NCBI GenBank assembly: GCA_964016885.1
Contig: OZ024744.1
Location: forward strand, 101,866,001 to 101,930,000
DNA: 64,000 nt
DNA from: Eledone cirrhosa
Lineage: Eukaryota
Direction: 5' to 3'
Positions 24,701-36,700 of this stretch are shown one piece after another. The notes beneath the pieces were generated by a model that made no database searches, had not been told where the DNA came from, and saw only the letters and a list, made by a program, of their open reading frames with translations. The translations under genes and the position numbers were made by a program. Position 1 is the stretch's first letter, and the number at the start of each line of letters is the position of its first letter.

Positions 24701-27700
24701 TGCTTATTGTTGGCTTTGTTTATTGTGGGTTTGTTTATTGTTCGTTTGTTTATTATTGGCTTGGTTTATTGTTGGTTTGTATATTTTTGGCTTTGTTTAT
24801 TGTTGGTTTGTTTATTGTTGGCTTTGTTTATTGTTCGTTTATTTATTGTTGGCTTTGTTTATTGTTGGTTTGTTTATTGTTGGCTTTGTTCATTGTTGGT
24901 TTGTTTATTGTTGGCTTTGTTTATTGTTGGTTTGTTTATTGTTGGCTTTCTTTATTGTTGGTTTGTTTATTGTTGGCTTTCTTTATTGTTGGTTTGTTTA
25001 TTGTTGGTTTGTTTATTGTTGGCTTTGTTTATTGTTGGTTTATTTATTGTTGGTTTTGTTTATTGTTGGTTTGTTTATTATTGGCTTTGTTTATTGTTGC
25101 TTTGTTTATTATTGGCTTTGTTTATTGTTGGCTTTGTTTATTGTTGGCTTTGTTTATTATTGGCTTTATTTATTTTCGGTTTATTTATTGTTGGCTTTGT
25201 TTATTGTTAGTTTTGTTTATTGTTTGTTTGTTTATTGTTGGTTTGTTTATTGTTGGTTTGATTATTGTTGATTTGTTTATTGTTGGTTTGTTTATTCTTG
25301 GTTTGTTTATTGTTGGCTTTGTTTATTGTTGCCTTGTTTATTGTTGGCTTTGTTTATTGTTGGTTTGTTTATCGTTGGCTTTGTTTATTGTTGGTTTGTT
25401 TATTGTTTGTTTGTTTATTGTTGGCTTGGTTTATTGTTGGTTTTTTTATTGTTGGCTTTGTTTATTGTCGGTTTGTTTATTGTAGGCTTTGTTTATAGTT
25501 GCTTTGTTTATTATTGGCTTTGTTTATTATTGGTTTGTTTATTGATGGCTTTGTTTATTGTTGATTTTGTTTATTGTTGGCTTTGTTTATTTTTGGTTTG
25601 TTTATTATTAGCTCGGTTTATTGTTGGTTTTTTTATTGTTGACTTTGTTTATTGTTGGTTTGTTTATTGTTCGCTTTCTTTATTGTTGGTTTGTTTATTG
25701 TTGGCTTTGTTTATTGTTTTTTGTTTATTGTTGGTTTGTTTATTGTTGGCTTTGTTTATTGTTGGTTTGTTTATTGTTGGCTTTTTTTATTGTTGGCTTT
25801 GTTTATTGTTGATTTTGTTTATTGTTGGCTTTTCTTATTGTTGGCTTTGTTTATTGTTGGTTTGTTTATTATTGGCTTTGTTTATTGTTGGTTTGTTTAT
25901 TGTTGGCTTTGTTTATTGTTGGTTTGTTTATTGTTGGCTTTGTTTATTGTTGGCTTTGTTTATTGTTGGTTGGTTTATTATTGGCTTTATTTATTGTTCG
26001 TTTGCTTATTGGTGGCTTTGTTTATTGTTGGTTTGTTTATTGTTGGCTTTGTTCATTGTTGGTTTGTTTATTATTGGCTTTAATTATTGTTGCATTGTCT
26101 ATTGTTGGCTTTGTTTATTGTTGGTTTGTTTATTGTTGGCTTTGTTTATTGTTGGTTTGTTTATTGATGCCTTTGTTTATTGTTGATTTGTTTATTGTTA
26201 GTTTGTTTATTGTTGGCTTTGTTTATTGTTGGTTTGTTTATTGTTGGTTTGTTTAGTGATGGTTTGTTTATTGTTGGTTTTTTTATTGTTGGATTTGTTT
26301 ATTGTTGGTTTTTTTATTGGTGGCTTTGTTTATTGTAGTTTTGTTTATCGTTGGCTTTGTTTATTGTGGCTTGGTTTATTGTTGGTTTGTTTATTGATGA
26401 TTTGTTTATTGTTGGTTTGTTTATTGTTGGCTTTGTTTATTGTTGGTTTGTTTATTGTTGGTTTGTTTATTGTTGCTTTGTTTTTTATTAGCTTTGTTTA
26501 TTGTTGGTTTGTTTATTGTTGGCTTGGTTTATTTTGGTTTGTTTTTTGTTGGCTTTGTTTATTGTTGTCTTTGTTTATTGTTGGCTTTCTTTATTGTTGG
26601 TTTGTTTATTGTTGGCTTTGTTTATTGTTGGTTTGTTTATTGTTGGCTTTGTTTATTGTTAGTGTGTTTATTGTTGGCTTTGTTTATTGTTGGTTTGTTT
26701 ATTGTTGGCTTTGTTTATTGTTGGCTTTGTTTATTGTTGGTTTGTTTATTGTTGGCTTTGTTTATTGTTGGTTTGTATATTATTGGCTTTGTTTATTATT
26801 GGCTTAGTTTATTGTTGGTTTGTTTATTGTTGGCTTTCTTTATTGTTGGTTTTGTTTATTGTTGGTTTGTTTATTGTTGGCTTTGTTTATTGTTGGCTTT
26901 GTTTATTATTGGTTTGTTTATTGTTGGTTTGTTTATTGTTGGTTTGTTTATTGTTGGCTTTGTTTATTGTTGGCTTTGTGTATTGTTGGTTTGTTTATTG
27001 TTGGTTTGTTTATTGTTGGTTTCTTTACTGTTGGTTTGTTTATTGTTGGCTTTGTTTATTGTTGGCTTTGTTTATTGTTGGTTTCTTTATTGTTTGTTTT
27101 ATAATTGTTGGCTTTGTTTATTGTTGGTTTCTTTATTGTTGGTTTGTTTATTGTTGGCTTTGTTTATTGTTGGTGTGTTTATTGTTGGTTTGTTTATTGT
27201 TGGCTTTGTTTATTGTTGGTTTGTTTGTTGTTGGTTTGTTTGTGGTTGGTGTGTTTATTGTTGGCTTTGTTTATTGTTGGTTTGTTTATTGTTGGTTTGT
27301 TTATTGTTGGCTTTGTTTATTATTGGCTTTGTTTATAATTGTCTTTGTTTATTGTTGGTTTGTTTATTATTGGCTTTGTTTATTATTGGCTTTGTTTATT
27401 GTTGGTTTACTTATCATTGGCTTTGTTTATTGTTGGCTTTGTTTATTGTTTGTTTGTTCATTGTTGGTTTGTTTATTGTTGGTTTGTTTATTGTTCGTTT
27501 CCTTATAGTTGGTTTTGTTTATTGTTGGCTTTGTTTATTGTTGGTTTGTTAATTGTTGGCTTTGTTTATTGTTGCTTTGTTTATTGTTGGTTTGTTTATT
27601 GTTGGTTTGTTTATTGTTGGCTTTGTTTATTGTTGGTTTGTTTATCGTTAGCTTTGTTTAATGTTGGTTTGTTTATTGTTGGCTTTGTTTATTGTAGGTT

Positions 27701-30700
27701 CATTTATTGCTGGCTTTGTTTATTGTTGGTTTATTTATTGTTGGCTTTGTTTATTGTTGGTTTGTTTATTGATGGTTTGTTTATTCTTGATTTGTTTATT
27801 GTTGGCTTTGTTTATTTTTGGTTTGTTTATTACTGGCTTTGATTATTGTTGTTTTGTTTTATTGTTGGCTTTGTTTATTGTTGGTTTGTTTATTGTTGGT
27901 TTGTTTATCGTGGCTTTGTTTATTGTTGGTTTGTTTATTGCTGGCTTTGTTTATTGTTTGTTTGGTTATTGTTCGCTTTTTTCATTGTTGGTTTGTATAT
28001 TTTGGCTTTGACTATTGTTGGTTTGTTTATTTTTGGTTTGTTTATTACTGGCTTTGTTTATTGTTGGTTTGTTTATTGTTGGTTTGTTCATTGTTGGCTA
28101 GGTTATAGTTGGTTTGTTTATTGCTGGCTTTGTTTAATGTTGGTTTGTTTATTGTAGGCTTTGTTTATTTTTGGTTTGTTTATTGTTGGCTTTGTTTATT
28201 GTTGGTTTGTATATTGTTGGCTTTGTTTATTGTTGGTTTGTTTATTGTTGGCTTTTTTATTGTTGGTTTGTTTATTGTTGGCTTTGTTTATTTTGGGTTT
28301 GCTTATTGTTGGTTTGTATATTGTTGGCTTTGTTTATTGTTGGTTTGTTTATTGTTGGCTTTTTTATTGTTGGTTTGATTATTGTTGGCTTTGTTTATTG
28401 TTGGTTTGTTTATTGTTGTTTTTTTTATTATTAGTTTTGTTTATTGTTGGTTTCTTTATTGTTGGTTTGTTTATTGTTGGTTTGTTTATGGTTGGCTTTG
28501 TTTATTCTTGGTTTGTTTATTGTTGGCTTTGTTTATCGTTGGTTATCTTTATTGTTGGTTTTGTTTATTGTTGGCTATATTTATTGTTGGTTTGTTTATT
28601 GTTGGCTATGTTTATTGTTGGTTTGTTTATTGTTGGCTTTGTTCATTGTTGGCTTTGTTTATTGTTGGCTTTGTTTATTGATGGTATGTTTATTGTTGGT
28701 TTGTTTATTGTTGGCTTTGTTCGTTTATGGTTTGTTTATTACTGGCTTTGTTTATCGTTGGTTTGTTTATTGTTGGCTTTGTTTATTGTTGGTTTGTTTA
28801 TTGTTGGTTTGTTTATTGATGGTTTGTCTATTGTTGGTTTGTTTATTGTTGGCTTTGTTTATTGTTGGTTTGTTTATTGTTGGCTTTGTTTTATTGTTGG
28901 TTTGTTTATTATTGGCTTTGTTTATTGTTGGTTTGTTTATTGTTGGTTTTGTTTATTGTTGGTTCGTTTATTGTTGGCTTTGTTTATTGTTGGTTCGTTT
29001 ATTGTTGGCTTTGTTTATTGTTGGTTTCTTTATTGTTGGTTTGTTTATTGTTGGTTTGTTTATTGTTGGCTTTGTTTATTGTTGGTTTGTTTATTGTTGG
29101 CTTTGTTTAATGTACGTTTGTTTATTGTTGGCTTTGTTTATTGTTGGTTTGTTTGTTGTTGGCTTTGTTTATTGTTGGTTTGTTTATTGTTGGCTTTGTT
29201 TATTGTTGGTTTGTTTATTGTTGGCTTTAATTATTGTTGGTTTGTTTATTGTTGGCTTTGTTTATTGTTGGTTTGTTTATTGGTGGCTTTGTTTATTATT
29301 TGTTTTGTTTATTGTTGGTTTGTTTATTGTTGGTTTGTTTATGGTTGGCTTTGTTTATTCTTGGTTTGTTTATTGTTGGCTTTGTTTATCGTTGGTTTGT
29401 TTATTGTTGGTTTTGTTTATTGTTGGCTATGTTTATTGTTGGTTTGTTTATTGATGGTTTGTTTATTGTTGGTTTGTTTATTGTTGGCTTTGTTCGTTTA
29501 TGGTTTGTTTATTACTGGCTTTGTTTGTCGTTGGTTTGTTTATTTTTGGCTTTGTTTATTGTTGGTTTGTTTATTGTTGGTTTGTTTATTGATGGTTTGT
29601 TTATTGTTGGTTTGTTTATTGTTGGCTTTGTTTATTGTTGGTTTGTTTATTGTTGGCTTTGTATTATTGTTGGTTTGTTTATTATTGGCTTTGTTTATTG
29701 TTGGTTTGTTTATTGTTGGCTTTGTTTATTGTTGGTTCGTTTATTGTTGGCTTTGTTTATTGTTGGTTCGTTTATTGTTGGCTTTGTTTATTGTTGGTTT
29801 GTTTATTGTTGGTTTGTTTATTGTTGGTTTGTTTATTGTTGGCTTTGTTTATTGTTGGTTTGTTTATTGTTGGCTTTGTTTAATGTATGTTTGTTTATTG
29901 TTGGCTTTGATTATTGTTGGTTTGTTTGTTGTTGGCTTTGTTTATTGTTGGTTTGTTTATTGTTGGCTTTGTTTATTGTTGGTTTGTTTATTGTTGGCTT
30001 TAATTATTGTTGGTTTGTTTATTGTTGGCTTTATTTATTTTTGGTTTCTTTATTGGTGGCTTTGTATATTGTGGCTTGGTTTATAGTTGGTTTGTTTATT
30101 CTTGGTTTGTTTATTCTTGGTTTATTGTTGGTTTGTTTATTGTTGGTTTGTTTATTGATGGTTTGTTTATTGTTGGTTTCTTTATTGTTGGTTCGTTTAT
30201 TGTTGGCTTTGTTTACTGTTGGTTTGTTTATTGTTGGCTTTGTTTATTGTTGGCTTTGTTTATTGTTGGTTTCTTTATTGTTTGTTTGATAATTGTTGGC
30301 TTTGTTTATTGTTGGTTTGTTTATTGTTTGTTTGTTTATTGTTGGCTTTGTTTATTGTTGGTGTGTTTATTGTTGGTTTGTTTATTGTTGGCTTTGTTTA
30401 TTGTTGGTTTGTTTGTTGTTGGTTTGTTTGTGGTTGGTGTGTTTATTGTTGGCTTTGTTTATTGTTGGTTTGTTTATTGTTGGTTTGTTTATTGTTGGCT
30501 TTGTTTATTATTGGCTTTGTTTATAATTGGCTTTGTTTATTGTTGGTTTGTTTATTATTGGCTTTGTTTATTATTGGCTTTGTTTATTGTTGGTTTACTT
30601 ATCATTGGCTTTGTTTATTGTTGGCTTTGTTTATTGTTTGTTTGTTCATTGTTGGTTTGTTTATTGTTGGTTTGTTTATTGTTCGTTTCCTTATAGTTGG

Positions 30701-33700
30701 TTTTGTTTATTGTTGGCTTTGTTTATTGTTGGTTTGTTAATTGTTGGCTTTGTTTATTGTTGCTTTGTTTATTGTTGGTTTGTTTATTGTTGGTTTGTTT
30801 ATTGTTGGCTTTGTTTATTGTTGGTTTGTTTATCGTTAGCTTTGTTTAATGTTGGTTTGTTTATTGTTGGCTTTGTTTATTGTAGGTTCATTTATTGCTG
30901 GCTTTGTTTATTGTTGGTTTATTTATTGTTGGCTTTGTTTATTGTTGGTTTGTTTATTGATGGTTTGTTTATTCTTGATTTATTTATTGTTGGCTTTGTT
31001 TATTTTTGGTTTGTTTATTACTGGCTTTGATTATTGTTGTTTTGTTTTATTGTTGGCTTTGTTTATTGTTGGTTTGTTTATTGTTGGTTTGTTTATCGTG
31101 GCTTTGTTTATTGTTGGTTTGTTTATTGCTGGCTTTGTTTAACGTTGGTTTGTTTATTGTTGGCTTTGTTTATTGTTGGTTTCATTATTGTTGGCTTTGT
31201 TTATTGTTCGTTTGTTGATTTTTGGCTTTGTTTATTGTTGGTTTGTTTATTGTTCGCTTTTTTCATTGTTGGTTTGTATATTGTTGGCTTTGATTATTGT
31301 TGGTTTGTTTATTTTTGGTTTGTTTATTACTGGCTTTGTTTATTGTTGGTTTGTTTATTGTTGGTTTGTTTATTGTTGGTTTGTTCATTGTTGGCTAGGT
31401 TATTGTTGATTTGTTTATTGCTGGCTTTGTTTAATGTTGGTTTGTTTATTGTAGGCTGTGTTTGTTTTTGGTTTGTTTATTGTTGGCTTTGTTTATTGTT
31501 GGTTTGTTTATGGTTGGCTTTGTTTATTGTTGGTTTGTTTATTGTTGGCTTTTTTTATTGTTGGTTTGTTTATTGTTGGCTTTGTTTATTTTGGGTTTGC
31601 TTATTGGTGGCTTTGTTTATTGTTGGTTTGTTTATTGTTGGCTTTGTTTATTGTTGGCTTGTCTTTTATTGGCTTTAATTATAGTTGGTTTGTCTATTGT
31701 TGGCTTTGTTTATTGTTGGTTTGTTTATTATTGGCTTTGTTTATTGTTCCTTTGTTTATTGATGGCTTGGTTTATTGTTGATTTCTTTATTGTTGGTTTG
31801 ATTATTGTTGGCTTTGTTTATTGTTGGTTTGTTTATTGTTGGTTTGTTTATTATTAGTTTTGTTTATTGTTGGTTTCTTTATTGTTGGTTTGTTTATTGT
31901 TGGTTTGTTTATGGTTGGCTTTGTTTATTCTTGGTTTGTTTATTGTTGGCTTTGTTTATCGTTGGTTATCTTTATTGTTGGTTTTGTTTATTGTTGGCTA
32001 TATTTATTGTTGGTTTGTTTATTGTTGGCTATGTTTATTGTTGGTTTGTTTATTGTTGGCTTTGTTTATTGTTGGTTTGTTTATTGTTGGCTTTGTTTAT
32101 TGTTGGCTTTGTTTATTGATGGTTTGTTTATTGTTGGTTTGTTTATTGTTGGCTTTGTTCGTTTATGGTTTGTTTATTACTGGCTTTGTTTATCGTTGGT
32201 TTGTTTATTGTTGGTTGGTTCATTATTGGCTTTGTTTATTGTTGCTTTCTTTATTGTTGGCTTTGTTTATTGTTGGTTTGTTTATTGTTGGCTATGTTTA
32301 TTGTTGGTTTGTTCATTGTTGGCTTTGTTTATTGTTGGTTTGTTTATTGTTGGTTTGTTTATTATTGGCTTTGTTTATTGTTGGTTTGTTTATTGTTGGT
32401 TTGTATATTGTTGGTTTGTTCATTATTGGCTTTGTTTATTGTTGGTGTCTTTATTGTTGGCTTTGTTTATTGTAGGTTTATTTATTGTTGGCTTTGTTTA
32501 TTGTTGGTTTATTTATTGTTGGCTTTGTTTATTGTTGGTTTGTTTATTGATGGTTTGTTTATTCTTGATTTATTTATTGTTGGCTTTGTTTATTTTTGGT
32601 TTGTTTATTACTGGCTTTGATTATTGTTGGTTTGTTTTATTGTTGGCTTTGTTTATTGTTGGTTTGTTTATTGTTGGTTTGTTTATCGTGGCTTTGTTTA
32701 TTGTTGGTTTATTTATTGCTGGCTTTGTTTAATGTTGGGTTGTTTATTGTTGGCTTTGTTTATTGTTGGTTTCATTATTATTGGCTTTGTTTATTGTTGG
32801 TTTGTTGATTTTTGGCTTTGTTTATTGTTTGTTTGGTTATTGTTCACTTTTTTCATTGTTGGTTTGTATATTTTGGCTTTGACTATTGTTGGTTTGTTTA
32901 TTTTTGGTTTGTTTATTACTGGCTTTGTTTATTGTTGGTTTGTTTATTGTTGGTTTGTTCATTGTTGGCTAGGTTATAGTTGGTTTGTTTATTGCTGGCT
33001 TTGTTTAATGTTGGTTTGTTTATTGTAGGCTTTGTTTATTTTTGGTTTGTTTATTGTTGGCTTTGTTTATTGTTGGTTTGTATATTGTTGGCTTTGTTTA
33101 TTGATGGTTTGTTTATTGTTGGCTTTTTTATTGTTGGTTTGTTTATTGTTGGCTTTGTTTATTTTGGGTTTGCTTATTGTTGGTTTGTATATTGTTGGCT
33201 TTGTTTATTGTTGGTTTGTTTATTGTTGGCTTTTTTATTGTTGGTTTGATTATTGTTGGCTTTGTTTATTGTTGGTTTGTTTATTGTTGGTTTTTTTATT
33301 ATTAGTTTTGTTTATTGTTGGTTTCTTTATTGTTGGTTTGTTTATTGTTGGTTTGTTTATGGTTGACTTTGTTTAATCTTGGTTTGTTTATTGTTGGCTT
33401 TGTTTATCGTTGGTTATCTTTATTGTTGGTTTTGTTTATTGTTGGCTATATTTATTGTTGGTTTGTTTATTGTTGGCTATGTTTATTGTTGGTTTGTTTA
33501 TTGTTGGCTTTGTTTATTGTTGGTTTGTTTATTGTTGGCTTTGTTCATTTTTGGCTTTGTTTATTGTTGGCTTTGTTTATTGATGGTTTGTTTATTGTTG
33601 GTTTGTTTATTGTTGGCTTTGTTCGTTTATGGTTTGTTTATTACTGGCTTTGTTTATCGTTGGTTTGTTTATTGTTGGCTTTGTTTATTGTTGGTTTGTT

Positions 33701-36700
33701 TATTGTTGGTTTGTTTATTGATGGTTTGTCTATTGTTGGTTTGTTTATTGTTGGCTTTGTTTATTGTTGGTTTGTTTATTGTTGGCTTTGTTTTATTGTT
33801 GGTTTGTTTATTATTGGCTTTGTTTATTGTTGGTTTGTTTATTGTTGGCTTTGTTTATTGTTGGTTCGTTTATTGTTGGCTTTGTTTATTGTTGGTTCGT
33901 TTATTGTTGGCTTTGTTTATTTTTGGTTTGTTTATTGTTGGTTTGTTTATTGTTGGTTTGTTTATTGTTGGCTTTGTTTATTGTTGGTTTGTTTATTGTT
34001 GGCTTTGTTTAATGTACGTTTGTTTATTGTTGGCTTTGTTTATTGTTGGTTTGTTTGTTGTTGGCTTTGTTTATTGTTGGTTTGTTTATTGTTGGCTTTG
34101 TTTATTGTTGGTTTGTTTATTGTTGGCTTTAATTATTGTTGGTTTGTTTATTGTTGGCTTTGTTTATTGTTGGTTTGTTTATTGGTGGCTTTGTTTATTA
34201 TTAGTTTTGTTTATTGTTGGTTTGTTTATTGTTGGTTTGTTTATGGTTGGCTTTGTTTATTCTTGGTTTGTTTATTGTTGGCTTTGTTTATCGTTGGTTT
34301 GTTTATTGTTGGTTTTGTTTATTGTTGGCTATGTTTATTGTTGGTTTGTTTATTGATGGTTTGTTTATTGTTGGTTTGTTTATTGTTGGCTTTGTTCGTT
34401 TATGGTTTGTTTATTACTGGCTTTGTTTATCGTTGGTTTGTTTATTTTTGGCTTTGTTTATTGTTGGTTTGTTTATTGTTGGTTTGTTTATTGATGGTTT
34501 GTTTATTGTTGGTTTGTTTATTGTTGGCTTTGTTTATTGTTGGTTTGTTTATTGTTGGCTTTGTATTATTGTTGGTTTGTTTATTATTGGCTTTGTTTAT
34601 TGTTGGTTTGTTTATTGTTGGCTTTGTTTATTGTTGGTTCGTTTATTGTTGGCTTTGTTTATTGTTGGTTCGTTTATTGTTGGCTTTGTTTATTGTTGGT
34701 TTGTTTATTGTTGGTTTGTTTATTGTTGGTTTGTTTATTGTTGGCTTTGTTTATTGTTGGTTTGTTTATTGTTGGCTTTGTTTAATGTATGTTTGTTTAT
34801 TGTTGGCTTTGTTTATTGTTGGTTTGTTTGTTGTTGGCTTTGTTTATTGTTGGTTTGTTTATTGTTGGCTTTGTTTATTGTTGGTTTGTTTATTGTTGGC
34901 TTTAATTATTGTTGGTTTGTTTATTGTTGGCTTTATTTATTGTTGGTTTGTTTATTGGTGGCTTTGTATATTGTGGCTTGGTTTATAGTTGGTTTGTTTA
35001 TTCTTGGTTTATTGTTGGTTTGTTTATTGTTGGTTTGTTTATTGATGGTTTGTTTATTGTTGGTTTCTTTATTGTTGGTTCGTTTATTGTTGGCTTTGTT
35101 TATTGTTGGTTTGTTAATTATTGGCTTTGTTTATTGTTGGTTTGTTTATTGTTGGCTTCGTTTATTTTTGGTTTGTTTATTACTGGCTTTGTTTATTGTT
35201 GGTTTATTTATTCTTGGCTTTGTTTATGTTGGTTTGTTTATTGTTGGTTTGTTTATTGTTGGCTTTGTTTATTGTTGGGTTTTTTATTGCTGGCTTTGTT
35301 TAATATTGGTTTGTTTATTGTTGTTTTGTTTATTGTTGGCTATGTTTATTGTTGGTTTGTTTATTGTTGGCTTTGTTTATTGTTGGTTTGTTTATTGTTT
35401 GTTTGTTTATTGTTGGCTTTGTTTATTGTTGGTCTGTTTATTGTTGGCTTTTTTTATTGTTGGTTTGTTTATTGTTGGTTTGTTTATTATTAGCGTTGTT
35501 TAACGTTGGTTTGGTTATTGTTGGTTTGTTTATTGTTGGCTTTGTTTATTGTTGGGTTTTTTATTGCTGGCTTTGTTTAATATTGGTTTGTTTATTGTTG
35601 TTTTGTTTATTGTTGGCTATGTTTATTGTTGGTTTGTTTATTGTTGGCTTTGTTTATTGTTGGTTTGTTTATTGTTTGTTTGTTTATTGTTGGCTTTGTT
35701 TATTGTTGGTTTGTTTATTATTGGCTTTGTTTATTGTTGGTTTGTTTATTGTTGGCTTCGTTTATTTTTGGTTTGTTTATTACTGGCTTTGTTTATTGTT
35801 GGTTTATTTATTCTTGGCTTTGTTTATGTTGGTTTGTTTATTGTTGGTTTGTTTATTGTTGGCTTTGTTTATTGTTGGGTTTTTTATTGCTGGCTTTGTT
35901 TAATATTGGTTTGTTTATTGTTGTTTTGTTTATTGTTGGCTATGTTTATTGTTGGTTTGTTTATTGTTGGCTTTGTTTATTGTTGGTTTGTTTATTGTTT
36001 GTTTGGTTATTGTTGGCTTTGTTTATTGTTGGTTTGTTTATTGTTGGCTTTTTTTATCGTTGGTTTGTTTATTGTTGGCTTTTTTTATTGTTGGTTTGTT
36101 TATTGTTGGCTTTGTTTATTGTTGGTTTGTTTATTATTGGCTTTGTTTATTGTTGGTTTCTTTATTGTTGGCTTTGTTTATTGTTGTTTTGTTTATTGTT
36201 GGCTATGTTTATTGTTGCTTTGTTTATTGTTGGCTTTGTTTATTGTTGGTTTGTTTATTGTTTGTTTGTTTATTGTTGGCTTTGTTTATTGTTGGTTTGT
36301 TTATTGTTGGTTTGTTTATTGTTGGTTAGTATATTGATGGTTTGTTCATTATTGGCTTTGTTTAGTGTTGCTTTGTTTATTGTTGGCTTTGTTTATTGTT
36401 GGTTTGTTTATTGTTGGCTTTGTTTATTGTTGGTTTGTTTATTGTTGGCTTTGTTTATTATTGGTTTCCTTATTGTTGGTTTTGTTTATTGTTGGTTTGT
36501 TTATCGTTAGCTTTGTTTAATGTTGGATTATTTATTGTTGGTTTTGTTTATTGTCGGTTTCTTTATTGTTGGCTTTGTTTATTGTTGGTTTGTTTGTTGT
36601 TGGCTTTGTTTATTGTTGGTTTGTTTATTGTTGGCTTTGTTTATTGTTGGTTTGTTTATTGTTGGCTTTAATTATTGTTGGTTTGTTTATTGTTGGCTTT

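Noticed and set aside
29100-34800. GTACGT -> GTATGT change as evidence of CpG methylation decay
   Set aside because: It is a single event copied by duplication, and many CG-containing variants persist. A counted mutation spectrum would be needed.
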